64,000 bases of DNA from an uncultured Clostridium sp. (GCA_900542285.1 UQNF01000003.1:15585-79584), one strand, 5' to 3'. Counted from the stretch's first letter, positions 9,635 to 20,160 are shown. The notes: a model not told the origin generated them from the sequence alone. Made by a program: numbers and translations.

Positions 9635-10122
9635 AAAGAACTGCCGCAATTATCGCATTGCTTTGCCTAATAGTAACAGCGTTTTTTGGCTGCGCAGAGG
9701 GCACGGGATCGGATGCCATGCTGCACTGCACGATACTTATCGAGTGCAAAAACGCTGTCGCTTGCAATGAATTGGCAGCGGAGCAAAAGGAATTCCTCCC
9801 AAGCGACGGAATGATACTTACAAAGACGGAAATTGCTTTTACCGATGGAGAATCCGTTTACGATGTGCTCGTTCGCGAGTGCCGCGAAAGAGGAATTCAT
9901 ATGGAGGCAAGCTATGCTCCTGTCTATGACAGCGCATATATCGAAGGCATTGCAAACCTGTATGAGTTCGATTGCGGAAGCTTGAGCGGATGGACATACT
10001 GCGTTAACGGAGTTTTCCCAAACTATGGATGCAGCAATTTTAAGCTCTCGGACGGTGACGAGATAGAATTCCATTATTCCTGTGATCTGGGCAGGGATGT
10101 AGGCGCAGTATTTGAGGAGTAG
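9631..10122 (+). CDS. DUF4430-family lipoprotein
   Basis: Lipobox LIVTAFFGC. ...SGWTYCVNGVFPNYGCSNFKLSDGDEIEFHYS is the characteristic DUF4430 C-terminal motif. Confidence 0.75.
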   Translation: MKRTAAIIALLCLIVTAFFGCAEGTGSDAMLHCTILIECKNAVACNELAAEQKEFLPSDGMILTKTEIAFTDGESVYDVLVRECRERGIHMEASYAPVYDSAYIEGIANLYEFDCGSLSGWTYCVNGVFPNYGCSNFKLSDGDEIEFHYSCDLGRDVGAVFEE

Positions 10123-10126
10123 CGTG

Positions 10127-11020
10127 GTGAAAATCAGGGATACGATGAATGAGATCCATCCTTTGATCGCATTTGCATTCTTTGCATTTGTGCTTGTGAT
10201 GTCCATGCTGTTTTTGCATCCCGTTTATATAATTATTTCGCTCACAACGGGCACAGTTTGGGCGTTTTTACTTCGTGGAAAACAAACACTCAGGTTTTTG
10301 CTGACGTTCGTGCTGCCGATCACAATTCTTGTTGCAATACTGAATCCGCTGTTTAACCATAAGGGAGTTACTATCCTGTTCTATATTAGGGATAATCCGA
10401 TCACTTTGGAGTCGATGATCTATGCAGTCACATCCGCATTTATGTTTGCCTCTGTACTCATATGGTTCTCTTGCTTTAATGAAGTTATGAAAAGCGATAA
10501 GATAATCTATCTATTCGGCAAGACCATTCCGTCCGTATCGCTCATTATTACTATGGTGCTTCGATTTGTTCCGCTGTACAAGCAGCAGGCAAAAAGGATC
10601 TCTATTGCCATGCGCGCTCAGGGAATAGATGTCAGTCAGGGGAGTATCATCAAGCGTGCCAAGTACGGTCTCAGCATACTGTCGGCACTTATCACCTGGG
10701 GACTTGAAAGCTCGGTAACTACTGCGGATTCAATGCGTTCCAGAGGTCATGGGCTTCCGCACAGGACGCATTATTCGGTTTATAGATTTGACAGACGGGA
10801 TCTGATACTTTCAATACTGCTGATCATTGGCATTGCTTTTATTGGTGTATCTGCCGGAACAAATACTATCTATGCAAAGTTCTATCCGGTATTTAAGCTT
10901 AATTCATGGAATGCCGCATCGATCATCTGCACCGCAGTATATGCATTGATTCTTTTGATACCGATAATTCTTAATTTAACAGAGGCAGTATCATGGCGGC
11001 ACTTGAAATCAAAAATTTAA
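10127..11020 (+). CDS. ECF transporter transmembrane (T) component (CbiQ/EcfT family)
   Basis: Polytopic membrane protein. The A..MRAQG and ..ADSMRSRG motifs match the two Ala-Arg-Gly coupling helices of EcfT. Start is ambiguous (TTG 10112, GTG 10127, ATG 10145). Confidence 0.8.
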   Translation: MKIRDTMNEIHPLIAFAFFAFVLVMSMLFLHPVYIIISLTTGTVWAFLLRGKQTLRFLLTFVLPITILVAILNPLFNHKGVTILFYIRDNPITLESMIYAVTSAFMFASVLIWFSCFNEVMKSDKIIYLFGKTIPSVSLIITMVLRFVPLYKQQAKRISIAMRAQGIDVSQGSIIKRAKYGLSILSALITWGLESSVTTADSMRSRGHGLPHRTHYSVYRFDRRDLILSILLIIGIAFIGVSAGTNTIYAKFYPVFKLNSWNAASIICTAVYALILLIPIILNLTEAVSWRHLKSKI

Positions 11021-12648
11021 GCTTCTCATATCCGACACAGCAGGAAGGCGAGAAAGCGCTGGACGACATAAGCCTAAGCATTGCCGAGGGCGAATTTGTA
11101 CTCGTATGCGGCCCTTCCGGATGCGGCAAGTCAACCTTGCTGCGCCAGATAAAGCCTTCGCTGCGTCCGCATGGAAGATCATCGGGTTCTGTAATGCTTA
11201 ACGGAAGGAGTGTTAATGAACTCAGCTTCCGTGAGCAGACGGAACAGATAGGCTTTGTTCTGCAAGACCCGGAAATGCAGCTTGTAACCGATAAGGTTTG
11301 GCACGAGCTGGCGTTCGGACTTGAAAGCCTTGGTATGGAAAACTCCAAGATGCGGGTCCGGATCGCGGAGATTGCGAACTATTTCGGCATACAAACCTAC
11401 CTCGATGCGTCAACCGCAGAGCTTTCGGGTGGGCAGAAACAGCTTATATGCCTGGCCGGGATAATGGCAATGCAGCCCGAGCTTCTTCTTCTTGATGAGC
11501 CGACTTCGCAGTTAGATCCGATTGCTGCCGGCGAATTCTTCTCAGCCCTGAAGCGTATCAACGAAGAGACCGGAACTACTGTAGTAATCACCGAGCATAG
11601 ATATGAAAACCTGTTCTCTATTGCCGATAGGGTAGTGTTTATGGAGAACGGAAGAGTTATCGGGAACTGCAGTCCACGCAGAGCAGTTTCGGAGCTTTCA
11701 GGCAAGCCGGACTATGTTAATATCCTTCCTGCAGCCATGAGACTCTATGCCGAGACCGCCTCTTCGACAGATAATGCGCCTATAACCGTCCGCGAGGGCA
11801 GGAGCTATCTGCGCAGCATTATCGGTCAAAAGGACGAAAGCGATGAAATCGGCAAAACAAATCCCAAAAAGGAAAAAAGAGAACCGATCCTTTCCGTAAA
11901 CGACGTATGGTTCAGATATGAGCGTAGCGGCAAGGACGTGCTGAAGGGCTTGGGTGTTGATTTCTTTCGTGGCGAGCTTTCCTGCGTAATCGGAGCTAAC
12001 GGCGCCGGCAAAACTACCGCTATAATGAACGCTGCGGGACTGTATAAGCCTTATCGGGGAAAGGTCCGTTTTGACGGCAAAGACATAAGAACATACAAGA
12101 GCTCCGAATTGTACGGAAGGCGGATCGCTCTGTTGGTTCAGAACCCGGCTTGCTGCTTTGTGAAAGATACCGTGCGTGAGGAACTTGAGAGCGTCCGCAA
12201 GCACTTTGAACTGACCGGAGACAGGCTTGACGAGGTAATTGAGCTGATGGAGCTTGCGCCGATTCTTGATCGTCATCCATATGATATCAGCGGAGGAGAG
12301 CTTCAGCGTGCGGCAATTGCAAGACTGCTCCTGCCAAATCCGGAGATCATCTTTATGGACGAGGCCACAAAGGGTATGGACGCATTCTTCAAACAGCGTT
12401 TCGGTTTGCTTCTTAAGAGACTGACCGCAAACGGAACATCGATAGTCATGGTCTCGCATGATATTGAGTTTTGTGCTGAATATGCCGCCCGCTGCGCAAT
12501 GATTTTTGACGGCGGCATTACTGCTGAGGGAAGCTGCAGGGAAGTGCTGATAGACAACAGCTTCTACACCACCGCCGCCAACAGGCTGTCAAGGGGGATA
12601 GTGCATTCTGTGCTGACGGTCAATGAGCTCATTGACAGAGTAAAATGA
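10993..12648 (+). CDS. ECF transporter fused double ATPase (A-A' components)
   Basis: 551 aa with two ABC cassettes: GPSGCGKST ... LSGGQKQ ... LLLDEP, and GANGAGKTT ... ISGGELQR ... IFMDEA. Confidence 0.92.
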   Translation: MAALEIKNLSFSYPTQQEGEKALDDISLSIAEGEFVLVCGPSGCGKSTLLRQIKPSLRPHGRSSGSVMLNGRSVNELSFREQTEQIGFVLQDPEMQLVTDKVWHELAFGLESLGMENSKMRVRIAEIANYFGIQTYLDASTAELSGGQKQLICLAGIMAMQPELLLLDEPTSQLDPIAAGEFFSALKRINEETGTTVVITEHRYENLFSIADRVVFMENGRVIGNCSPRRAVSELSGKPDYVNILPAAMRLYAETASSTDNAPITVREGRSYLRSIIGQKDESDEIGKTNPKKEKREPILSVNDVWFRYERSGKDVLKGLGVDFFRGELSCVIGANGAGKTTAIMNAAGLYKPYRGKVRFDGKDIRTYKSSELYGRRIALLVQNPACCFVKDTVREELESVRKHFELTGDRLDEVIELMELAPILDRHPYDISGGELQRAAIARLLLPNPEIIFMDEATKGMDAFFKQRFGLLLKRLTANGTSIVMVSHDIEFCAEYAARCAMIFDGGITAEGSCREVLIDNSFYTTAANRLSRGIVHSVLTVNELIDRVK

Positions 12649-13406
12649 GGAAAAGAAACGAATCGGCAATTTCACATACGATAAATGAAGAGCAAGGCAA
12701 TAAGCGCCTGAGCATGCGGCATCTTATCGCCGGACTTCTGATACTCGTTTTTATTCCGACGGTCATCGCTGTCGGTATGCTTGCTTGGGGTGACAGGCAT
12801 TATTATATCGTTTCTATCATTATCATCATGGCGGCGCTCGTTCCGTTTGCGATGCTGTTCGAAAAGCGTAAGCCAAGGACGAGAGAGCTTGTGCTTATAG
12901 CCGTAATGACAACCCTTGGGGTCGTTGGACGCGCGGCATTCTATATGCTGCCACAGTTTAAGCCTGTTACCGCAATAGTGATAATAACCGGCGTTGCGCT
13001 TGGAAGTGAGGCAGGCTTTGCCACGGGCGCGCTCACTGCGTTCGTTTCGAATATTTTCTTTGGCCAGGGTCCATGGACTCCCTGGCAGATGTTTGCATTC
13101 GGAATAATCGGATTCCTTTCCGGCGTACTGTTCTCGGACAATAGCAATAAAAAAGTTAATCTGCCGCTTTTGTTAGTGTTTGGTGCGCTGGCGACATTCG
13201 CTATATACGGCGGAATAATGGATACATCATCGCTGTTTATGATGAGCTCTGAAATCTCGTGGAGCGCGCTTCTTGCTATGTTCGCATCGGGCTTTGTTAT
13301 GAACCTTATTCATGCTGCGTCGACAGTGGTGTTTCTGCTTGTGCTTTCAAAGCCTCTTCTGAAAAAGCTTCGAAGGATAAGAATAAAATACGGCATGATG
13401 GAATGA
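12645..13406 (+). CDS. ECF-type substrate-capture (S) component-like membrane protein
   Basis: 253 aa, about 6 TM helices, FFGQGPWTPWQM motif. Last gene of the riboswitch-controlled ECF cluster, overlapping the ATPase stop. Confidence 0.65.
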   Translation: MRKRNESAISHTINEEQGNKRLSMRHLIAGLLILVFIPTVIAVGMLAWGDRHYYIVSIIIIMAALVPFAMLFEKRKPRTRELVLIAVMTTLGVVGRAAFYMLPQFKPVTAIVIITGVALGSEAGFATGALTAFVSNIFFGQGPWTPWQMFAFGIIGFLSGVLFSDNSNKKVNLPLLLVFGALATFAIYGGIMDTSSLFMMSSEISWSALLAMFASGFVMNLIHAASTVVFLLVLSKPLLKKLRRIRIKYGMME

Positions 13407-13541
13407 ATTAGTCAAAAAACATTTCTATACTTTTCTTGGTTTGTCAGGCATTATGCGCTTGAAGATTTACCACTAATGGGATATAATAGAATAAACGAGA
13501 ATACCAAGCCGCTTGCGTATTCATGAAAACAGGAGGAAGCC

Positions 13542-14471
13542 ATGGAAAAAATGCTTTCATTGATCGTTCCCGTTTATAACGAGGAGGAAGTTCTTGAGGT
13601 ATCCTTTGAGAAGATGGATCAGGAAATGAAAAAGATCGGCTATCCATATGAGATAATTTATGTCAACGATGGAAGCCGTGACGGTTCAATGAAGATTCTT
13701 CGCAGAATCGCAAAGGAAAATCCGCAGGTCAAGGTACGTTCCTTCAGCAGGAACTTCGGCCATCAGACTGCCGTTACTTGCGGTATGGATGCCGCAAAGG
13801 GCGATGCGCTTATCATCATTGATGTTGACCTTCAGGATCCGCCCGAAGTCATTGAGGATATGGTAAAAGCTTGGGAAAACGGTGCGGATATCGCGTACGG
13901 AAAACGTCTCAAGAGAAAGGGAGAGACCATATTCAAAAAGTTTACCGCATTCTGCTACTATCGTCTTTTGAAGGCGATGAGTGCGAATGCCATTCCGCTC
14001 GACACCGGAGATTTCCGTTTGATAGACCGCAAGGTTGCCGATGTGTTCCTAAAGATGCGTGAACACAATCGTTTCCTCCGCGGTATGAGCGGTTGGATGG
14101 GCTTTGAAGCAGTGCCTATCGAGTATGTTCGTAATGAACGCTATGCAGGCAAGACAAAGTATACCCTCAAGAAAATGCTCCGTCTCGCTATGGACGGTAT
14201 TATCGGCTTCAGCGACAGGCCGCTGACCATTTGCGGAGCGTTTGGAGCAGGCGTGCTTGCGTTGGGTGGACTTGGACTCATCGCCTTGATAGTGCTTGCA
14301 TGTTGCGCTGTCAAGTTCCCTGCTTGGCTTTGGGCACTTGACGGCATTGTTATCCTGCAGGCAATGCTGTTCATGTTCCAGGGAATTCAGGGCTCTTATA
14401 TGAACCGTATGTATGATGAGCTTAAAGCGCGTCCGCTATACATCGTTGCGGAGGAGCTTAATATCGATTGA
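13542..14471 (+). CDS. Family 2 glycosyltransferase (GtrB / polyprenyl-phosphate sugar transferase-like)
   Basis: LSLIVPVYNEEE, YEIIYVNDGSRD, DVDLQDPPE, plus two C-terminal TM helices. Confidence 0.85.
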   Translation: MEKMLSLIVPVYNEEEVLEVSFEKMDQEMKKIGYPYEIIYVNDGSRDGSMKILRRIAKENPQVKVRSFSRNFGHQTAVTCGMDAAKGDALIIIDVDLQDPPEVIEDMVKAWENGADIAYGKRLKRKGETIFKKFTAFCYYRLLKAMSANAIPLDTGDFRLIDRKVADVFLKMREHNRFLRGMSGWMGFEAVPIEYVRNERYAGKTKYTLKKMLRLAMDGIIGFSDRPLTICGAFGAGVLALGGLGLIALIVLACCAVKFPAWLWALDGIVILQAMLFMFQGIQGSYMNRMYDELKARPLYIVAEELNID

Positions 14472-14611
14472 TTTGCGGAGCTTTATACCTTAAGCATCGA
14501 AAATCTGATTTTTGAATTCGGGAACGGTTTTTAGCAGATTTTCCGAATAATATAGTTGTGTTTTCTGTTTATTTGGCTATAATACAAATTGGAAGCAAAA
14601 TTAATCCTTAG

Positions 14612-15652
<1,041 letters not shown>

Positions 15653-15670
15653 GCGATACTGCTCTTTTTT

Positions 15671-15701
15671 CGGCGTACGACAGCGTGCGCCGATTTTTTT
15701 T
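15671..15701 (+). terminator. Rho-independent terminator after gap
   Basis: 8-bp stem CGGCGTAC/GTGCGCCG (one G-U pair), 6-nt loop, then ATTTTTTTT. Confidence 0.85.
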
Positions 15702-15851
15702 ATGCGTATTCTGTTTATCGAAGCTTCAAATGCGAAATCGGAAGAATATAAACATTGAAAGTTATCTGAGGCATTGAAATAACCTCTCAAATGTGTATAA
15801 TATTGCATGACTCATTTTGTCGAGTCATTTGTAAGGAAGGATCGCTGATCA

Positions 15852-16823
15852 ATGAGCAACTATATCTATAATGCGCCAACCGGAGACGGGTGGATGAATC
15901 TTGCAAGGGATGGATATTTCCTTGATAACGTTAATAAGGGCGACATTATTCTTTATTTTTATGTGAATACCAATGCTGTTATTATCGGCAGAAACCAGAA
16001 TGCATGGAAGGAATGCAACCTGGACAATATGGAAGCCGACTCCGTTCAGCTTGTCAGAAGGCATACTGGAGGCGGCGCGGTCTATCACGACGCAGGTAAT
16101 CTGAATTTTTCGTTCATCATGCACGAATCGGATTATGATCAGACAAGGCAGTTCAATCTTATCATTGATGCTGTATCACGGCTTGGAATGAAGGCTGAGC
16201 TTTCGGGAAGGAACGATATTCTCGTCGATGGGAAAAAGTTCTCGGGAAATGCATTTGGTCTTTCCAAGGGAAACAGGGCGCATCATGGCACGCTTCTCGT
16301 AAATGCCGACCTGAGCAAGCTCGGACGGTACCTCAATGTTTCCGAATCGAAAATCAAGTCCAAGGGCATCACTTCCGTTCGCTCAAGGGTATGCAATCTC
16401 AGCGAGATGGTGCCGGGGATCAGCGTTGAAGATGTCAGAAAAGCCGTGATCGACAGCTTTATTAAGGAATATGGCCCTGCGGTTGAGTACCGCTTTGACG
16501 GGGCAGCCCTTGCGGACATAGAGCAGCGCTATGCCGTCCAGAAGTCATGGGAATGGCGTTTGGGAAAGACTCCGCAGTTTGACTATGTGCTGGATAACAG
16601 GTTCTCATTCGGCGAGCTGCAGCTGCATATGAACCTTAGGGATGCTAAGATACGCGAGGTGAAGGTTTACTCGGATAGCCTGAATGTAAGCATCTGTGAC
16701 AGGCTTGAACCTGCTCTTATTGGCGTTCGCTTTGACGCTCAGACGATTGCAGAGGCACTCTCTTCTATTGGAGCGAACGAGGCGAGCGAAATTGCCGATT
16801 ACATTTGGGAACGCGGACTATAA
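15852..16823 (+). CDS. Lipoate-protein ligase A family protein
   Basis: 323 aa. RRHTGGGAVYHDAGNLNFSFI and KFSGNA...HHGTLL motifs. Confidence 0.88.
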   Translation: MSNYIYNAPTGDGWMNLARDGYFLDNVNKGDIILYFYVNTNAVIIGRNQNAWKECNLDNMEADSVQLVRRHTGGGAVYHDAGNLNFSFIMHESDYDQTRQFNLIIDAVSRLGMKAELSGRNDILVDGKKFSGNAFGLSKGNRAHHGTLLVNADLSKLGRYLNVSESKIKSKGITSVRSRVCNLSEMVPGISVEDVRKAVIDSFIKEYGPAVEYRFDGAALADIEQRYAVQKSWEWRLGKTPQFDYVLDNRFSFGELQLHMNLRDAKIREVKVYSDSLNVSICDRLEPALIGVRFDAQTIAEALSSIGANEASEIADYIWERGL

Positions 16824-16842
16824 AATAGTATTTGCATTTGCT

Positions 16843-16877
16843 AAGGAGCAGGATGTGCCTGCTCCTTGACACATTTT
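16843..16877. terminator. Stem-loop terminator between convergent lipoate ligase and SPOR genes
   Basis: 10-bp stem AAGGAGCAGG/CCTGCTCCTT, loop ATGTG, then GACACATTTTT on the + strand. Confidence 0.55.
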
Positions 16878-17797
16878 TATGGGTTTCGTACGCTGTTTAC
16901 AAGATTAATATAGCTGCATACCACATCGAGCTGCAAATACTTCAGCATCCCGCTCACTTCAACGCGGTTTTCGTTACTCGAAGAAATAAAAGTGGTCATA
17001 TAGGCTTCAAGCTGCATATAGTATTCATCCAGCTTGGAAATGACTCCGCTGGGATCCGAAAAACCTGAAATAGAGCTTCGAATGGTTTTTACATTGGTAA
17101 GCATCTCCCCGACAACCGCCCTCCCATACTCGATACTGCGGCTTTCGGCATCAAAGCCTATCACTTCCTTGGACAGGCTTGTGATAAGCGAGCTTGCATA
17201 GCTTACGGCTGTCTTTATGCTGTCCATCACTGCTTCACTGCATTTGACCGAGATCTCAGTGCCCTCACAGCTAAGCGTTGAAACCATGCATTCATACCCC
17301 TGAGTTCTCAGACGGTCACAGACGCTTCGTGCAGCAGCTTCTGTATCATAGCATGAAGCAATCACCTTATAGCCGCTCCCGGTGTCAAGAACATACCCGG
17401 CAGCTCCCAAGGCTTTCAGCGATGATATCAGGCCGTCTGCCGTGCCTGCATCCGAGTACACGCCCATCTGCAGTACGAATACTTCAAGATTGGAAAAGCA
17501 GATATCGGCCGATATCTCGCCGCTAAGACTCGGAGAAGATGTCGGCTCTCCGCTAACTTGCGGCACAGGGGTGCTGCGGTCATTGTTGCTGCATGATTTG
17601 AAAACATTCTGAACTATCAGCGTTCCAACGGATGTTCCGATCAGGAGGTAGATGAGCCCTGCTGTCAACAGAATAATCAGCAGTGCACCCCAAAAGCCTG
17701 AGCCCTCGCTCTGACCGGCCGCTCTGCCTCCGGAATAGCCGGAATAACCGAAGCCGCGGTTTCTTCTTTTTTTTCTGCGCCTGCGCCTATACTCCAT
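16877..17797 (-). CDS. Membrane protein with SPOR-like (peptidoglycan-binding) domain
   Basis: Arg/Lys-rich N-terminus, one TM helix. VFVLQMGVYSDAGTADGLISSLKALGAAGYVL..GSGYKVIASCYDTEAAARSVCDRLRTQGYE resembles a SPOR repeat. ATG 17797 has better RBS spacing than 17803. Confidence 0.55.
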   Translation of the reverse strand: MEYRRRRRKKRRNRGFGYSGYSGGRAAGQSEGSGFWGALLIILLTAGLIYLLIGTSVGTLIVQNVFKSCSNNDRSTPVPQVSGEPTSSPSLSGEISADICFSNLEVFVLQMGVYSDAGTADGLISSLKALGAAGYVLDTGSGYKVIASCYDTEAAARSVCDRLRTQGYECMVSTLSCEGTEISVKCSEAVMDSIKTAVSYASSLITSLSKEVIGFDAESRSIEYGRAVVGEMLTNVKTIRSSISGFSDPSGVISKLDEYYMQLEAYMTTFISSSNENRVEVSGMLKYLQLDVVCSYINLVNSVRNP

Positions 17798-17861
17798 ATT
17801 CATGCTCCTTCATAAGTATTGATTCAGCTAACAAACTATATGAACAAGCTTTACGGATTAA

Positions 17862-17910
17862 AACCAAATAAAAAATAAGCATGATATTTTCGTGAGAATA
17901 TCATGCTTAT
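17862..17910 (-). terminator. Rho-independent terminator downstream of the tRNA pair
   Basis: 14-bp perfect stem ATAAGCATGATATT/AATATCATGCTTAT (17876-17910). The minus strand then reads TTTTTATTTGGTTT. Confidence 0.8.
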
Positions 17911-17911
17911 C

Positions 17912-17988
17912 TGGTCGGGGCGAGGTGATTTGAACACCCGACCTTTTGGTCCCGAACCAAACGCGCTACCAAACTGCGCTACGCCCCG
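17912..17988 (-). tRNA. tRNA-Pro (anticodon CGG)
   Basis: rc reads CGGGGCGTAGCGCAGTTTGGTAGCGCGTTTGGTTCGGGACCAAAAGGTCGGGTGTTCAAATCACCTCGCCCCGACCA. Anticodon loop is TTCGGGA and CCA is encoded. Confidence 0.93.
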
Positions 17989-17989
17989 A

Positions 17990-18066
17990 TGGAGCCAATG
18001 AAGGGACTCGAACCCTTGACCTGAGCATTACGAATGCACTGCTCTACCAAACTGAGCTACATTGGC
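17990..18066 (-). tRNA. tRNA-Thr (anticodon CGU)
   Basis: rc reads GCCAATGTAGCTCAGTTTGGTAGAGCAGTGCATTCGTAATGCTCAGGTCAAGGGTTCGAGTCCCTTCATTGGCTCCA. Anticodon loop is TTCGTAA and CCA is encoded. Confidence 0.92.
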
Positions 18067-18080
18067 CTGCACAAGAATTA

Positions 18081-18109
18081 ATTATAGCATCAATTTCCTG
18101 CATTGTCAA
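18081..18109 (-). promoter_or_regulatory. Sigma-70-type promoter for tRNA-Thr/tRNA-Pro
   Basis: Minus strand reads TTGACA (rc of 18104-18109), 17 nt, TGC-TATAAT (hexamer rc of 18081-18086). About 15 nt upstream of the tRNA-Thr 5' end. Confidence 0.75.
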
Positions 18110-18283
18110 CGATGAAAAACGAATCCTAAAAAACTTAGATAATATATTTTAAAATTGCTAATTCTATCTTTACAACCGGCGAAATTACTGCTAAAATCCA
18201 TTTCGCAGATTGGAGACCATATAGCTTGCTGCGGAATGCGGCAAGGCGGTCTTATGTATTTTACACGAACTGATGGAGTATGT

Positions 18284-18898
18284 ATGGAATTCAGGATAAG
18301 GAAAGCTGAATTTGTTACCAGTGTCGGCTTAAACGGGAGTTATCCGGATCGTTTGGCTTCTGAAATCGCCATGGTAGGCAAGTCGAATGTCGGGAAGTCC
18401 TCGCTGATAAACTCGCTCTGCGGTAACGGAAAGCTTGCTAAAACCTCACAGAAACCCGGAAAGACGAGGCTCATCAATTTCTTTAAGGTGAATGATGAGT
18501 TCTACCTTGTCGATCTTCCGGGATATGGCTTTGCAAGTGCTCCAAAAGAGGAGAAAAAGAAGTGGGGAGAGCTGATAGAGAGCTATTTGGCTTCCGGAAG
18601 GGTAAAACACATCTATATGCTCCTTGATATCAGGCATGGACCTACCGAGGATGATAAGATGATGTTCCAATACATCCTGTACTATGCTATTCCCTATACC
18701 CTTGTTGCGACCAAGGCCGATAAGCTTGCAAGAAGCAAACGCAGGCAGGCAGCAAATGCATGCGCAAAAGCGCTTGGTGCGCCGCCCTATGCTATTGCAT
18801 ATTCGTCCGAAACCGGAGAGGGCAAGGAAGAGCTGCTTGAGCGCATGGAGGCTGTCATTGCTCCGATGCCTGCATTCCCTGAAGATGCAGCTGAGTAA
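18284..18898 (+). CDS. engB: Ribosome biogenesis GTP-binding protein EngB/YsxC
   Basis: EIAMVGKSNVGKSSLINSL, DLPGYGFA, TKADKL. ATG 18284 chosen; the track ORF from 18155 is an upstream extension. Confidence 0.92.
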   Translation: MEFRIRKAEFVTSVGLNGSYPDRLASEIAMVGKSNVGKSSLINSLCGNGKLAKTSQKPGKTRLINFFKVNDEFYLVDLPGYGFASAPKEEKKKWGELIESYLASGRVKHIYMLLDIRHGPTEDDKMMFQYILYYAIPYTLVATKADKLARSKRRQAANACAKALGAPPYAIAYSSETGEGKEELLERMEAVIAPMPAFPEDAAE

Positions 18899-18914
18899 AT
18901 ATTTATTATAAGCA

Positions 18915-18943
18915 TTGACATACTATTATTGCTCGTGCATAAT
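18915..18943 (+). promoter_or_regulatory. Candidate sigma-70-type promoter
   Basis: TTGACA (18915-18920), 17 nt, CATAAT (18938-18943) preceded by TG. Confidence 0.5.
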
Positions 18944-19018
18944 ACATAGTGAAACCGACAGGATGAAGGGCTATTCATTCTGCACGAAAATTGAGTTTCT
19001 ATAAAGGAAGATTTACTT

Positions 19019-19441
19019 ATGGGATTAAGAAAATGCCCCAAATGCGAACTTAATTATATTAGAGATGATCAACAGTTATGCGATGTCTGCTCAAGAAAAC
19101 GCAGAGTCCACAATGATGACGGCGACGAACTGCTCTGCATAGAATGCGGAGAGCATCCGGCCATGAAGGGCAAGGAGATATGTTCCTACTGCTATAAAGA
19201 AGCGCTGCGCCAGGAACAGCTTGCCAGTCATAGGGGTAATGCTGCTGCTATTGCCTATGGCGAGCTTGAAATAGATGATGTTGAAGTACCTTTGGATGAC
19301 GATGAGATCCCGGAAAGCGAGATCGGCGAAATCGAAGACGAGTTCGGTGAAGACGATGTATCCGACGAGGACTTTGACGACGATGACAGAATGAGTCCCG
19401 ATGATTTTGACGATTACGGAGAAGAAGAAACGGAGAATTAA
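19019..19441 (+). CDS. Small double zinc-ribbon protein with extremely acidic C-terminal tail (function unknown)
   Basis: Four CxxC pairs (CPKC, CDVC, CIEC, CSYC). The last ~70 aa are dominated by D/E. Confidence 0.6.
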   Translation: MGLRKCPKCELNYIRDDQQLCDVCSRKRRVHNDDGDELLCIECGEHPAMKGKEICSYCYKEALRQEQLASHRGNAAAIAYGELEIDDVEVPLDDDEIPESEIGEIEDEFGEDDVSDEDFDDDDRMSPDDFDDYGEEETEN

Positions 19442-19443
19442 GC

Positions 19444-20160
19444 ATGAAGGTATTTGCCCTAGCGGATTTACATATGGACGGCAAGCAGGGCAAGCCCATG
19501 GATGTCTTCGGCGAAAAGTGGCAGGATCACATTTCGCGTATTGAGCATGAGTGGAGAGAGATCGTTTCGGAGGAGGATCTGGTTCTTGTTCCGGGCGATA
19601 CGAGCTGGGCAAAGCAGCTTGATGACGCACTGCCGGATATAGAGCGCATTTCTTCCTTCCCGGGGACTAAGCTGATCTCGCGAGGCAATCACGACTATTG
19701 GTGGAGCTCTCCGACCAAGATGCGTAGTCGCTTTCCCGAAAATGTAAAGCTTATCCAGAACGATTCGTTTGTGTTTGGGAGGATAGCTTTCGCCGGCACA
19801 AGAGGATGGCTGTTCCCTTCTTCTGCAGGTTATGTGCAGGAAGATGATGAAAAGATCTATAATCGTGAGCTGCTGCGACTTGAGATGACCCTCACATCCG
19901 CAAAACGCCGAATTGAACAGGGCGAAGCCGATTCTATCATACTCATGATGCATTATCCCCCGATAGGCGAGATGGGCTCGAGCACCGGATTTACCGAGGT
20001 GATTGCAAAGTATCCCGAGATATCCGATGTTGTGTATGGTCATCTTCATGCTCAATCAACGCTTCACGCATTTGAGGGGGAGTTTGAAGGCAAACGATAT
20101 TGGCTCTGCTCTTCGGATTATCTGAACTTTAAGCCAAGACTTATCAGAACGATTCAATAG
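19444..20160 (+). CDS. Metallophosphoesterase family protein
   Basis: ALADLHMDG, VPGDTSWA, RGNHDYWW, MHYPP, YGHLH are calcineurin-like phosphoesterase motifs. Confidence 0.85.
   Translation: MKVFALADLHMDGKQGKPMDVFGEKWQDHISRIEHEWREIVSEEDLVLVPGDTSWAKQLDDALPDIERISSFPGTKLISRGNHDYWWSSPTKMRSRFPENVKLIQNDSFVFGRIAFAGTRGWLFPSSAGYVQEDDEKIYNRELLRLEMTLTSAKRRIEQGEADSIILMMHYPPIGEMGSSTGFTEVIAKYPEISDVVYGHLHAQSTLHAFEGEFEGKRYWLCSSDYLNFKPRLIRTIQ

Noticed and set aside
13542-14471. Orphan GtrB-like glycosyltransferase as part of a serotype-conversion (gtrABC) cassette
   Set aside because: No GtrA flippase or GtrC-like gene is adjacent, and the flanks are housekeeping (the ECF cluster and gap). The sequence alone does not support a mobile gtr cassette.
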